A DNA stretch of 55,525 nucleotides from an uncultured Planctomycetota bacterium. Its GTDB lineage: Bacteria; Planctomycetota; Planctomycetia; Pirellulales; Thermoguttaceae. Positions 28,400-38,275 of this stretch are shown here, in pieces. How positions within the stretch are numbered: position 1 is the first letter of the stretch; the number at the start of each line of letters is the position of its first letter. The stretch covers positions 1 to 55,525 of the forward strand of contig CACYBR010000134.1 in the NCBI GenBank assembly GCA_902772705.1. The letters are read 5' to 3'. Both the position numbers and the translations under genes were made by a program. The notes beneath the pieces are model-generated. The model had not been told where the DNA came from and searched no databases. It saw only the letters and a program-made list of their open reading frames with translations.

Positions 28400-29749
28400 T
28401 CAATGAACAACAACGATAACCTTCTCCGATTCCAATCCCGCCGTATTGAAAGCAGAAATCGTATACTTGCTCCCAGATTCAGCATCGTAGTCGGGAATTT
28501 GATACTTCATTTCTGGAAGCGAGAAATCCGGCGTGTCGCTATACATTACTCCCTGAAAAACCGGACGAGAATTAACGACGTTGGCCGTTGGTAACTGCGC
28601 TAATTCTACACCGTCGCGATAGATTGCAAATGTTTTTAAACCGCTTTCAACATCAGCGCGACAACGCCAGGTTATAATCCCTGTTTTTGAATTGACAAAC
28701 GCTTCAAAAGGCGCGGGAGGCGGCGTCTGATCTTCAAACGTGTTGTCGATAGAATATTTACGCCAGACTACGACATATTCCTCACTCGGAAACCACAAAC
28801 CGTCCTTCAGGAATTTCCTCCTCTCAGTCGAATCATAATTACCGTCCGGCTTTTCCGGATCGTTAACAATATTATCTGCCGAAATCTCCTGATCCGTTAT
28901 TCTATCGATCGGCAAAACAAGTCCTTGGGGAGCGGGTAGTAATTCTGTCCCCTCCAACGGCAGTCTGAGCGTTAGCATATCGTCAAGGAATCGAATTGCG
29001 GGATATCTGGAAGAGCCTGTTTCATGGTGAGTAGAAGGGTCGACCATAAAACCAATCTTCGCATTCTTCGCACGCATATGACAGATATAATTCCAGCATG
29101 AAACCCACACAATGCCAAAATCGTACTCATGTGCGCCAATATTCAACATCATTGGCACGTTCAGGACGTCGTCGTTCATCGGCAGTTCGTCAAATATTTT
29201 AACGACAGTATCCGGACAACCACTACGTAACCACGCGGCGACAACACGCTGAGGATAGAGCTGCGTCATACTCCCTACCCACTGTCCCCCCCCGGAATGT
29301 CCCCAAAGAGCCCATGGAACACTCGTCAATTCTTCGTGTCCGGTGTACTCGGCAAAGTATTCAAGAGCGTTGAAAAAACTTTGCGCCGATCCATTGCGTG
29401 GATCGCACCATTGTTCACAAGGACGATCGTCAAGACGAAATGAGGACGCTATTAGCGCACAACCGTGCTTCCGCGCTAGCTCCTGCCAATGAAGATCGTA
29501 AACGGCCGTTCTTCCTCCATCCCCCGAACCATTGCCACAACCGTGCTGGTGGACAACGACTCCTCGTATTCGATCAACTCCCTCGGGAATCCATATACGC
29601 CACTCGGCAGCCATCGGAAGTTCTCCTGGCGACGGGTTCTCTGGAGCCGGGAAAACTTTCTCAAAATAGCCGCTTTCTCCGCCTTGAAGAGTGGCGCTAA
29701 AACTAAGTAAAGAAGTCAAAACCAAAAGGAAAAATATATTTTTCATCAA
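28400..29749 (-). CDS. Secreted alpha/beta-hydrolase (esterase-like) with a C-terminal beta-sandwich domain
   Basis: 449 aa with a signal peptide. The nucleophile elbow is WGHSGGGQW (GxSxG). The C-terminal part, about 100 aa, is Fn3-like (TWRCRADVESGLKTFAIYRDGVELAQL). Confidence 0.6.
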   Translation of the reverse strand: MMKNIFFLLVLTSLLSFSATLQGGESGYFEKVFPAPENPSPGELPMAAEWRIWIPEGVDRIRGVVVHQHGCGNGSGDGGRTAVYDLHWQELARKHGCALIASSFRLDDRPCEQWCDPRNGSAQSFFNALEYFAEYTGHEELTSVPWALWGHSGGGQWVGSMTQLYPQRVVAAWLRSGCPDTVVKIFDELPMNDDVLNVPMMLNIGAHEYDFGIVWVSCWNYICHMRAKNAKIGFMVDPSTHHETGSSRYPAIRFLDDMLTLRLPLEGTELLPAPQGLVLPIDRITDQEISADNIVNDPEKPDGNYDSTERRKFLKDGLWFPSEEYVVVWRKYSIDNTFEDQTPPPAPFEAFVNSKTGIITWRCRADVESGLKTFAIYRDGVELAQLPTANVVNSRPVFQGVMYSDTPDFSLPEMKYQIPDYDAESGSKYTISAFNTAGLESEKVIVVVH

Positions 29750-29763
29750 GAGTCCTGTTGAAT

Positions 29764-32592
29764 CTATTGAGCCAAACGATCTAAATATTCGCCAATATCT
29801 CTCCTAATTCGTTCGAGGTCAACTGGCGTCGTCGAATCATAATAATTTGTTCCAGCGTCTTCGGCGTTGCGGCTAACGGAAGTCGATTGATCCAAACGAA
29901 GACGATATCTGAGGGCGCGAGCCACCTCGTCTCTGGGACGTCCCGTCTTCTTGACCAGTATAGAAAGGTATTCTATGAGTTGTTCGCCTGAACGATAAGC
30001 CTTGAGCCGTATAGAAGGCGCAACTTTGCCAGCGCTCTCTTCGGTAGGCGGATAAAAAAGCGATAACTCGTCTTCCTTATGCCATGACTCCTGATTGCCA
30101 ATCGTCTGCCACGGAACAATGCCGTCAGCGCCTAACGACCAAGCGTCAAGCGACCAAAAAATCGGCTGGTACGCGCTTTCGGACGGGAGTGAAGTCGTCC
30201 CGTAGGTATAAACCAAACGCTTATTTCTTCCTTCGCTCCGATCCCGGACCATTTTGTTGTATGCCTTAAAAGGTCCGCCGCCTACCACGTAGACGTCCAA
30301 TAGGGATTGTAATGAATCGCGTTCCCATTGAGGTCTGGAAATATCGGCTCGATACAAGATAGCGTCTTTGAACGACTCTTTGTCCGAAACGCTCTCTTTT
30401 AAGATTTTCCCAAAGAACTCCAAAGCGGCAAAATCGCGAAAACTGGCTGGCTCGTCAAGGAGCCACGGAGAACTGGCGTTATACCACCCATTTTTCTTGT
30501 AATCGTTTTTATTATTCAAAAAGAACAGAAAACGCGTTTTGCTCCATCCTTCAGACACGATTTTTTCTGAAAACGAGCGACAACCAGAACGCAATGCCCT
30601 CTGATATTCATCAGTAAACGCGCTAGAATCAGGCCATGTAAAGTCGCCTGCAAAGCCCTTAAAGATATCGCCCGGGAAATTCTCAAACAGCGGCAGATAG
30701 AAAGCCTCTATGGGTACGGGACCACGTGGAAGATCGGCAAACGCAGAGCCGTCGAAATATTGTCCGAAGCGTTCTTCCCACGCTTTCCAATCAAAAGACA
30801 ATTCAGACGCGTTCCATTTTGGAGCTAGTCCGTCGCCGACTGAACCTCGGTGTGAATAAGGCACCCGGTTAATGTAAGTTCTATGGAGTTGCGCGAGTCG
30901 ATAGTACTCAACCTCGTTCTCTGGAAGAGAATAGCAATTCATTTCCGGAAGAAAGGTTAGCTCGTTTGGAAGCGCAAAATTCCAGATTTTCAGTCGTAGA
31001 TTTAAAGAAAGCGTCCTGCCTTTTTCATCGATAATTCGGAGCTTCCCTTTAGTCAAACCATGTCTGGCGTCTTCAGGGACGAAAAGTTCGCAAAGAACAA
31101 CGTCGTTTCCCTTGCGAATCGGGGTCTCAAGCGAGTCAGACTCTAAAAGAATCGCAGGGTCGGCGACGTTCCCTTTGGAAGACGCAACTCGAGCAAAGCG
31201 GTAAAAAGCCGCCGTCAATTCGTTAGGACGACCGTCCCAATCCAATTCAAAACGGATCTTTTGCGGAGCTCCTTCAAAGGCTATCTGAAAACCAATGAAT
31301 TCGTTCTTAGCCGCCGCAAGATCGATTGTTCGCGAAGCGGCGTCCCAAATGGGATTGGACGCGAAATAGTTTCCTTCTTCAGAGGGTAATAGTTCCCCAT
31401 TCTCCAGTATTTTATCAAATTGTTGAACGATAAAAACTTTTGTTGCGCCCAGATTAACCACGTTGTCCAAAGGCGCCTTCTTTTGTCCGGCGGATGCAGA
31501 CGTCCCTGAACGGCGCTCAACAATGTTTTCCCAATCTGAAAACGTATATGAAGACGGTTTGAACGAAATAGAACACGATTGGCTCTCCCTGCCAAGAATG
31601 TCGACAGACGAAACTTTCATCGTGTGTTTCGACGAAGCGTCCAATCCGTCAATTCTGGTCTCAAAAAATTGGGTTTCAGAGGATCCAAAGGAGACCGCAG
31701 GAACGAAAGATTGACAAATCGGAGCCCCGTCAATGGAAACATGAAAACCGATGATTCGACTTTTCAGACAATTCTTTTGGGACCAGGCAAACTTGACTGA
31801 ACCGCGGGGCAATCGCCGCTGATCAAATCTAACGTTTTCAGGAGCAGATGGAGTCGATTTACTCAGTTCTTCAGAGGGTTCTTCGAATTCAACTTCCAAA
31901 TACGGCTCAGACGCGCGATTTTGATCATGGGAATATATAAACCTGTTCGGAAAAAGTCGAATCAGCGTATTATCGCCCTCTTGGACAACTTCCGTACCGG
32001 TATCGTCAAAAAGGACAAAGCCTTCTGAAAGTCCGGTAAAACGAGCCACGACAATTTCCGGAGCAACGTCGATCGTTTGCCAGCCGTCAACAGGATCGGT
32101 CGCGTCAGAATTGCGCCAGATAGAACCGCCTTCGCCAAAAATTACCGACGTAATATCAGAATACTCGGTTGAGAAAGTTGTTTCATGACAATCGATCCAG
32201 GGGTGATCCGGGTATGCGCGCCATCTGAAAGACGACGCGCCCTCTATCTTTTCATAGCCTGAACCAGAACCCTCGTTCCAAGGCGCCGTTATCGTACTCA
32301 CTCCAACCCGATATAAACGTTCGTCAGACGCAAGTTTTACATGAAGCGTCGCTTTTACGATCTTCTTTCCCTTTAACTGGGAAACGTCAAAATCCACAAG
32401 TGAAAATTCTTGGTAGCCCTTTAGCTTAAGTTTAGGCGTTCCCCCATTGTTTCCCTCTTCTTCGCCTGACGCGGAGGAAATCCAAAGATCTCGTACGACT
32501 GGTAATCGAACCGTTTCAGCAAACAACGGGAGCGTTAATCCAAAAACGACAAACAGTATGAAAAGAGCCGGTATAGAAGCAGATCGTTTCAA
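29764..32592 (-). CDS. Large secreted glycoside-hydrolase-like protein (DUF4091-type, tentative)
   Basis: 942 aa with a signal peptide, IPALFILFVVFGLTLPLFA. The central and C-terminal region resembles DUF4091 proteins, by recollection only. It uses a TAG stop. Confidence 0.5.
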   Translation of the reverse strand: MKRSASIPALFILFVVFGLTLPLFAETVRLPVVRDLWISSASGEEEGNNGGTPKLKLKGYQEFSLVDFDVSQLKGKKIVKATLHVKLASDERLYRVGVSTITAPWNEGSGSGYEKIEGASSFRWRAYPDHPWIDCHETTFSTEYSDITSVIFGEGGSIWRNSDATDPVDGWQTIDVAPEIVVARFTGLSEGFVLFDDTGTEVVQEGDNTLIRLFPNRFIYSHDQNRASEPYLEVEFEEPSEELSKSTPSAPENVRFDQRRLPRGSVKFAWSQKNCLKSRIIGFHVSIDGAPICQSFVPAVSFGSSETQFFETRIDGLDASSKHTMKVSSVDILGRESQSCSISFKPSSYTFSDWENIVERRSGTSASAGQKKAPLDNVVNLGATKVFIVQQFDKILENGELLPSEEGNYFASNPIWDAASRTIDLAAAKNEFIGFQIAFEGAPQKIRFELDWDGRPNELTAAFYRFARVASSKGNVADPAILLESDSLETPIRKGNDVVLCELFVPEDARHGLTKGKLRIIDEKGRTLSLNLRLKIWNFALPNELTFLPEMNCYSLPENEVEYYRLAQLHRTYINRVPYSHRGSVGDGLAPKWNASELSFDWKAWEERFGQYFDGSAFADLPRGPVPIEAFYLPLFENFPGDIFKGFAGDFTWPDSSAFTDEYQRALRSGCRSFSEKIVSEGWSKTRFLFFLNNKNDYKKNGWYNASSPWLLDEPASFRDFAALEFFGKILKESVSDKESFKDAILYRADISRPQWERDSLQSLLDVYVVGGGPFKAYNKMVRDRSEGRNKRLVYTYGTTSLPSESAYQPIFWSLDAWSLGADGIVPWQTIGNQESWHKEDELSLFYPPTEESAGKVAPSIRLKAYRSGEQLIEYLSILVKKTGRPRDEVARALRYRLRLDQSTSVSRNAEDAGTNYYDSTTPVDLERIRRDIGEYLDRLAQ

Positions 32593-32819
32593 TTCAGGAT
32601 ACCCCCGTTACTAACGTTAAAAAACAACGTGCGTCTAACAATCAACGAACGGTTAACAATGTCTCGACGGAAAAGCTTTAAAGCAATATAATAGGAGCCG
32701 ATTCTGGCATGTCGACCTTGGATAATTGACCAATGGCGAACGGCAGTAACTCAGTTTCTCGCGATTTCATGCCAGAATTCAAAAGCAACTTCAGTATAGC
32801 CCTGAGAAAGGAAATTTCA

Positions 32820-33803
32820 ATGCGTAACGTCTTCCTTATCATTCTTCTTGCGGCAATTGAAGCTATGCCGCTATTGTTTCAAACTTCTAACGTTCAGGCC
32901 TCGGGCCCCGGCGAAGAATCGGGGTACTATGTCTTTTGCTATTTCGTGAACAACGGGGAAGACGGCGTTCACTATGCAGTAAGCCGAGACGGTTATGTTT
33001 GGAAGGCTCTTAATGAGGGCAAGGCCGTTCTCCCTCCCCCTGTGGGCAAGAAAACGAGGCTCACGCGCGATCCAAGTATTACCCGTGGTCCAGACGGAGA
33101 ATTCAGACTTGTTTGGACGGTCGCGTGGGACGGGCGCTCTTTTGGTTATGCGCACAGCAAGGATCTAATCAACTGGCAGGACGCTCAGCCCATTCCTGCG
33201 CTGAAGGATGAACCAACTGCGCGTAACACTTGGGCGCCCGAAGTTTTCTATGACGACGCGACAGAACAGTTCTATATTGTCTGGTCCTCGACAATTCCCG
33301 GAAAATTTTCTCCTGCCAACGAGGGAACGAGCGAGGACAAATACGACCATCGCGTTTACTGCGTTACCACTAAGGATTTCAAAACATTCACTCCCGCCAG
33401 ACTATTTTTCGATCCCGGTCATAACGTAATTGACGCGTTCCTTGCCAAAAAGGACGGCGTTTACCACCTGTTCTACAAAGACGAAACGTTACATCCAGAG
33501 AGAAAGATTATCCTCGAAGCCACCGCTCCAACGGCAGAAGGTCCCTTCTCAGAGGGAAAACAGATTTCTGCTCAAAGTTGGGTAGAAGGACCAAGCGGAA
33601 TCACGCTCGGCGACGATTGGATTGTCTATTACGATTGCTACCGCGACGGCAAATACGGCGCAGTCAGATCCCACGACGGAGGAGAATGGGAAGACGTCGC
33701 CAATCTGATTTCCTTCCCGAAAGGAACCCGTCATGGCACGGCGTTCGAAGTCGATAAAAAAACGTATGAAAATCTTATCAAAGAGTATGGAATTGTCGAA
33801 TAA
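32820..33803 (+). CDS. Glycoside hydrolase family 43-like (five-bladed propeller)
   Basis: It has RDPSITRGPDGEFRLVWT, WAPEVFYDD and FYIVWSS motifs. I prefer the start at 32820 (AAGGAA RBS), which gives the signal peptide MRNVFLIILLAAIEAMPLLF. The track ORF starts at 32733. Confidence 0.75.
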   Translation: MRNVFLIILLAAIEAMPLLFQTSNVQASGPGEESGYYVFCYFVNNGEDGVHYAVSRDGYVWKALNEGKAVLPPPVGKKTRLTRDPSITRGPDGEFRLVWTVAWDGRSFGYAHSKDLINWQDAQPIPALKDEPTARNTWAPEVFYDDATEQFYIVWSSTIPGKFSPANEGTSEDKYDHRVYCVTTKDFKTFTPARLFFDPGHNVIDAFLAKKDGVYHLFYKDETLHPERKIILEATAPTAEGPFSEGKQISAQSWVEGPSGITLGDDWIVYYDCYRDGKYGAVRSHDGGEWEDVANLISFPKGTRHGTAFEVDKKTYENLIKEYGIVE

Positions 33804-33833
33804 CGCTTCCTTTTCGACTTACCCCCATTGAAA

Positions 33834-33870
33834 AACGCGTCGTCGAAACCCTGGCGTTCGACGACGCGTT
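33834..33870. terminator. Hairpin terminator between convergent genes
   Basis: A 14-bp perfect stem, aacgcgtcgtcgaa with ttcgacgacgcgtt. The U-run is on the minus-strand side (aaaaa 33829-33833), so it serves at least the 33916..35184 gene. Confidence 0.65.
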
Positions 33871-33915
33871 CCCCGCATGTCAAAATACGATAATCCAGTC
33901 GGATTCCTCACAATA

Positions 33916-35184
33916 TCATTCGGATTCCTCAACAATCATAAGGACATTGTAGAAGACTGTCTTTTGCGAAATTAGCCCCGAAACGCTCTCAATAACGCCT
34001 CCTCCCTGTTCTGAATTCTTAGGCAACGCCAGAGGAACCAGTCCCAGATCAACAATTGCGCTTTTGGAACGAGGAGCCGAAATTTTCCCACGGAAATCGC
34101 ACGACACAATCGACGGCTTCTCAACGTTCAGTTGTTGACGCGGCGAAGTCGCGGTCGGAACTCGCATACTGAAAGAACGAGTCTTTTCAACTGTCGTTGA
34201 TCGATAACGGAAAGTCATTTCCAACGTTTCTCCCGTTGTCGACAACAGTGGAGTTGCTTCGATCCGAAAACCTTCGTCGACAGAAGAAACGTCTGCCGAA
34301 TACCCTGCGGAATTTGTCGAGTCAGCGCGATAGTCTCTGTTAAAAGTCTTTCGAGGTTGCGCCGCGGCCCAGCCGAAAGTTTCTCCGTTCGGAACTATAT
34401 TTTTTCCCGTGTTGAGAAGGACATAGTCTGTTCGTTTAGCCAGTTCAGCGACAACCTTATTCATATCGGACCGCTCAGCCAACCAACTCTGAACGTCTGC
34501 TCCATTGCCAACAATCGTCGAATTCAAAGGCGTCAGGTATTGAAACACTTTCGAACGCCAATCTGGAGATTGTAAAACTACAATCTTAATGGAATAGTTA
34601 ATCCCGCGTTTATCTGGTTCGATAAAACGATCAACTACGTTGGAAACATATCGCTGAACACTTGAACTATGGTATACGTAAAGGCGTTCTCTCGTTGCGC
34701 TCAGAACGGAAAAAGGTTCCTTACGCCAGAATCCTTCTCCTGAATCAAACAGGATCCAATCTACAATCGAATCCTGAGGACTGGAAACGTTCGGAAAACG
34801 ATCAGTGTAGGGAGTGATATCATAAACGACCCAAAACTGTCCGTTTTCGTCCGGAAGTCTGGATAATTCGAGAGAATAACGCGTTGTAGACGGTCCTGTA
34901 AACGCTTGGGAATCAGAAGAACTCTCTTCTGCTTTTGAAGAAGGAACTCCCGATGCGGAATCCGACGACGGAGAAGTCTCGTCGGAACCTGCTTCATTCC
35001 ATGTAGCGCCGGCGTCTTCTGAAATCTGATTTGAATCGGCAACGTTCCATCCGTCGTCCTGTGCGTATGTTACGGAGTCTCCTGCGGTAATTAGTCCACA
35101 AAAGCAAACTGCTATCCCCAAAAGGCGACTAAAGGAGACAATCTTTCCACAATCAATAATTTCGCGCAAACAAAGAGGGCTCAT
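33916..35184 (-). CDS. Secreted hypothetical protein; the C-terminal third is weakly secretin-like
   Basis: 422 aa with a signal/anchor (LLGIAVCFCGLITAG) and an S/E-rich linker. GFRIEATPLLSTTGETLEMTFRYRSTTV and the C-terminal ...TVFYNVLMIVEE recall secretin-domain strands. The match is weak and made by eye. Confidence 0.5.
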   Translation of the reverse strand: MSPLCLREIIDCGKIVSFSRLLGIAVCFCGLITAGDSVTYAQDDGWNVADSNQISEDAGATWNEAGSDETSPSSDSASGVPSSKAEESSSDSQAFTGPSTTRYSLELSRLPDENGQFWVVYDITPYTDRFPNVSSPQDSIVDWILFDSGEGFWRKEPFSVLSATRERLYVYHSSSVQRYVSNVVDRFIEPDKRGINYSIKIVVLQSPDWRSKVFQYLTPLNSTIVGNGADVQSWLAERSDMNKVVAELAKRTDYVLLNTGKNIVPNGETFGWAAAQPRKTFNRDYRADSTNSAGYSADVSSVDEGFRIEATPLLSTTGETLEMTFRYRSTTVEKTRSFSMRVPTATSPRQQLNVEKPSIVSCDFRGKISAPRSKSAIVDLGLVPLALPKNSEQGGGVIESVSGLISQKTVFYNVLMIVEESE

Positions 35185-35479
35185 TCAGGCTCCTTCGGCA
35201 ACTCCGATGACAAGACGTCTCCATACAGACACGCCTCTTGGATAGGCCAGATCACAATAGTAGAAGATTAAATCAACTCCACGTTTTTTACAAGACGACA
35301 ATGTTATCGAGAAAATACATTCCTCTGTCAATTGAGAAGACGTCAGAAACGCGCGCCCCCTGTACGAAACGTGAAATACCTACATAATAAAACCGCGTGG
35401 GCGCAGGAGTCGGACTGTTCGAATCTGTTTGGAAAGCTCGTCGCGTCCACTTCAATCAACACCTTTAAAGCATACGCAG

Positions 35480-35884
35480 ATGAAGTTTCCATCTTTCCGA
35501 AAAAACGGTGAAAACTCCGCCCCCATGTCTCTAAGAACAAAGCTCGGCTGGATTTTGATAGGTCTGGGAGCGCTGGTTGCTTATGGATATGTCCAACATT
35601 TCGTAAAGCATGACGACTCGCTTCTGGAACTCAACCGAACGTTCGTCATTCTTTTTTTACTATGGCTGGCATGGCCTGAACTCGAAGCGTTGCCACGTTG
35701 GATTCTGATACTCGTTCCAATTTGCGCCATTGTTTGCGCATGGCGTCCGTACTATCTGGTTGTCGTTATCCCATTGACGCTACTTTATCTCTTCTTGCGC
35801 AAACCGGCAAAAAGCGGAAAGAAAAGGTCCAGCCTGAAACCAACAGACTCGCGTTCATTGAAAAAAAACTCTTCGACGAAATAA
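35480..35884 (+). CDS. Small integral membrane protein with a basic C-terminal tail
   Basis: It has three or four hydrophobic helices (LGWILIGLGALVAYGY, FVILFLLWLAW, WILILVPICAIVCAW, VVVIPLTLLYLFL). The start is uncertain: the track gives TTG 35429, and the ATG options are 35480 and 35525. Confidence 0.5.
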   Translation: MKFPSFRKNGENSAPMSLRTKLGWILIGLGALVAYGYVQHFVKHDDSLLELNRTFVILFLLWLAWPELEALPRWILILVPICAIVCAWRPYYLVVVIPLTLLYLFLRKPAKSGKKRSSLKPTDSRSLKKNSSTK

Positions 35885-35947
35885 TAAAAGCGGCTCAGTC
35901 TCGCAAGACCGAGCCGTTCTCATTTATCATTGAACGAAACCTGCGTC

Positions 35948-36946
35948 TCAGTTGAAGAGAGCGCGCATCTTTACCAGCCCCAGTTTAGCTTGTTCGAGGG
36001 CTGAATAACTCTCCCGATAACTTCGATTAAAAATCTCAAACGAAAGAGCGCCATTAAAACCATTTTTACCGAGCGTTGTCAAAATCAAACGCCAAGGCGC
36101 CGCGCCGTCGCCCGGAAAAACACGATCGCCGTCGTTAAGTTTTTCTCTTTCGGGCGTCAAAGGATAGTCGTTCATATGAAAAATTGGAAGAGCGGAACCG
36201 CTGATCAGTGAAAGAGAAGCAAAAGAGTTGCCGCCGCGATACATGTGGTAAACGTCAAGAAGTAACGCCGCGTCCTCGCGCCCGGTATCGGCGCATACGG
36301 CTAGTCCGTCGGCCACACGACTCAACGCAGGAGAAGGTCCCCAGAGTTCCAGAAGAGGACGAACGCCAAAAGGTTCGCAGATCTCAAGGGTCGTTCGATA
36401 ACGATCGGAGATTTTGGAAAGCTCCATCTTTTCGTTGACGCCAGCGGCAGGGGTCGCAACGCACTTTGCGCCAAGGATAGACAACGCTTCCGCCTGTCGC
36501 TTGAGTTCGTCTAACCCTGAGGCGCGACGCCTTTCGTCGTCCACGATCCAAGACGCAAAACCGATTCCTCCTTCGATGGACAGTCCTTCGTTGTCAAGAA
36601 ATTTCCTAAGTTCAGAGAGTTTAGCCCTGTCGAAATCCCTGTTATCAGCGTCTCGCGTATAATCTGACAGGCGATCAAACCAGATCTCCACAGAACGATA
36701 CCCGGCGTCCCGGGCAATTTCAAGTTCCTGCATCAGATTAAGATCATAGCTACGAATCGTGCCAAGATTGAGCGAAAAACGCACCTTCTCTGGATTGAGA
36801 AAATCAGAGACGGACTCCTGAACAGGCTCCTCGGAGACGTCAAGTGCGTTCACAGGAGAAAACGGAGAAGCCAGTGCGACTCCAACGCCTCCAGAAAGGA
36901 CGTTCATAAAGGTTCGACGCGAAACTTCTTTTTTCATTTTCAACAC
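35948..36946 (-). CDS. Tat-exported sugar phosphate isomerase/epimerase (xylose-isomerase-like TIM barrel)
   Basis: 332 aa. The twin-arginine signal is SRRTFMNVLSGGVGVALASP. The layout is typical of AP-endonuclease-2/XylA-like TIM barrels. Confidence 0.7.
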   Translation of the reverse strand: MLKMKKEVSRRTFMNVLSGGVGVALASPFSPVNALDVSEEPVQESVSDFLNPEKVRFSLNLGTIRSYDLNLMQELEIARDAGYRSVEIWFDRLSDYTRDADNRDFDRAKLSELRKFLDNEGLSIEGGIGFASWIVDDERRRASGLDELKRQAEALSILGAKCVATPAAGVNEKMELSKISDRYRTTLEICEPFGVRPLLELWGPSPALSRVADGLAVCADTGREDAALLLDVYHMYRGGNSFASLSLISGSALPIFHMNDYPLTPEREKLNDGDRVFPGDGAAPWRLILTTLGKNGFNGALSFEIFNRSYRESYSALEQAKLGLVKMRALFN

Positions 36947-36998
36947 TCGTTGTTACCAATTTAGTAATCAGAAAAAGCAAACAAAACACACCCGAAAG

Positions 36999-38258
36999 TC
37001 ATTCAAGCTTATCCATTTTTTCCATCTCGCCTGAACGAATGGCCAGATAGCTCTCATATCGTCGCGCGTCGAGACGACCATCGGCGACAGAATCCTTAAC
37101 GGCGCAAGACGCTTCGTAAAGATGAGCGCAATCTGGAAATTTACAGAGATTCTCATAGGGTCTGAGATCTCGATAATAACCGACGACTTCGTTTGGTTCA
37201 ACGTCCCAGAGCATAAATTGGCGCACTCCTGGCGTGTCGACCACATAGCCGCCAAACGAAAGTTTTAACAGTCTTGCGGTCGTCGTGGTATGGCGACCTT
37301 TATCATTCTCACGGCTAACCTCTCCAACTTTAAGATTCAACGTCGGATCAATCGCATTAAGCGCTGAAGATTTCCCCACGCCGCTTTGTCCAACGACAAC
37401 GCTCTCTCTGCCCACGAGAATATGACGCAACCGGCGCATATTGAAGCCTGTCTTGGCGCTGAAGAGGACCGTACGATATCCCATTCTTGCATAAACGCCG
37501 ACCAGAGGTTGAAGCGAGGCGGGGTTGACAAGATCGATCTTATTAATGCAGATAACAGGCTTAATGCCAGAGCGTTCGCACGTAACAAGAAGTCGGTCAA
37601 TCAGATTTGGCTTGAGGCGAGGCTCGGCGGCGCTCGTTATAATGAGAGCCTGTTCAACGTTCGCAACAACGACGTGTTTACGGTTCCAACTAGTACGGCT
37701 CAAAGTTCCGTAACGAGGCTCGACGCGTTCAATGACGCCTTCGCACCGTCCGTCAGGAGATTTGGCGTCGCGGAAATAAACTCGGTCGCCGGTTACGACA
37801 ACCTGACGCTGATTCGTAGAAAGCGTCTTGAGAATTCGACGCGTCACACAGGTAAAAATCCGACCTTGCTCGTCCTCAACGTAAGAATTCAAACCGTGGA
37901 CACGTAAAACTCGCCCTTTTTGACAAACGCCAAAATCGACGTCTGGCACATATTCAAAGTCGCCGCATTCGCCAGAAAGATTCTCTTCGCCAACATAACT
38001 GCCCACAATCGTTCGCTTGCGGACAACGTCTCCCCTTGCAAGCACTCGCTCGCCAGTTTCCGCGTCCACAACGTCAGAATCGTTCGCCTCTTCTGAGGAC
38101 GACTGCGTTCCCAAACCTTCGTGGTATCGACGGGTCCAGTCGCCAATGCGAGTTCTTTCATTTCGGTTGCGTTTAAAATCGACGCGCACCTTCCCCGAGC
38201 TACAATCTCTTCTCTTCTTCGCGCTCAAGAGTACCTCCGAGCCACCCGAAATTTCCAT
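36999..38258 (-). CDS. rsgA: Ribosome small-subunit-dependent GTPase A, with an N-terminal extension of about 100 aa
   Basis: The GTPase motifs are circularly permuted: NKIDL, then GQSGVGKSSALNAI, HTTT and DTPG. The C-terminal zinc cluster is CKFPDCAHLYEASCAV. Confidence 0.85.
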   Translation of the reverse strand: MEISGGSEVLLSAKKRRDCSSGKVRVDFKRNRNERTRIGDWTRRYHEGLGTQSSSEEANDSDVVDAETGERVLARGDVVRKRTIVGSYVGEENLSGECGDFEYVPDVDFGVCQKGRVLRVHGLNSYVEDEQGRIFTCVTRRILKTLSTNQRQVVVTGDRVYFRDAKSPDGRCEGVIERVEPRYGTLSRTSWNRKHVVVANVEQALIITSAAEPRLKPNLIDRLLVTCERSGIKPVICINKIDLVNPASLQPLVGVYARMGYRTVLFSAKTGFNMRRLRHILVGRESVVVGQSGVGKSSALNAIDPTLNLKVGEVSRENDKGRHTTTTARLLKLSFGGYVVDTPGVRQFMLWDVEPNEVVGYYRDLRPYENLCKFPDCAHLYEASCAVKDSVADGRLDARRYESYLAIRSGEMEKMDKLE

Positions 38259-38275
38259 AAAAGGAGCTATTATTT

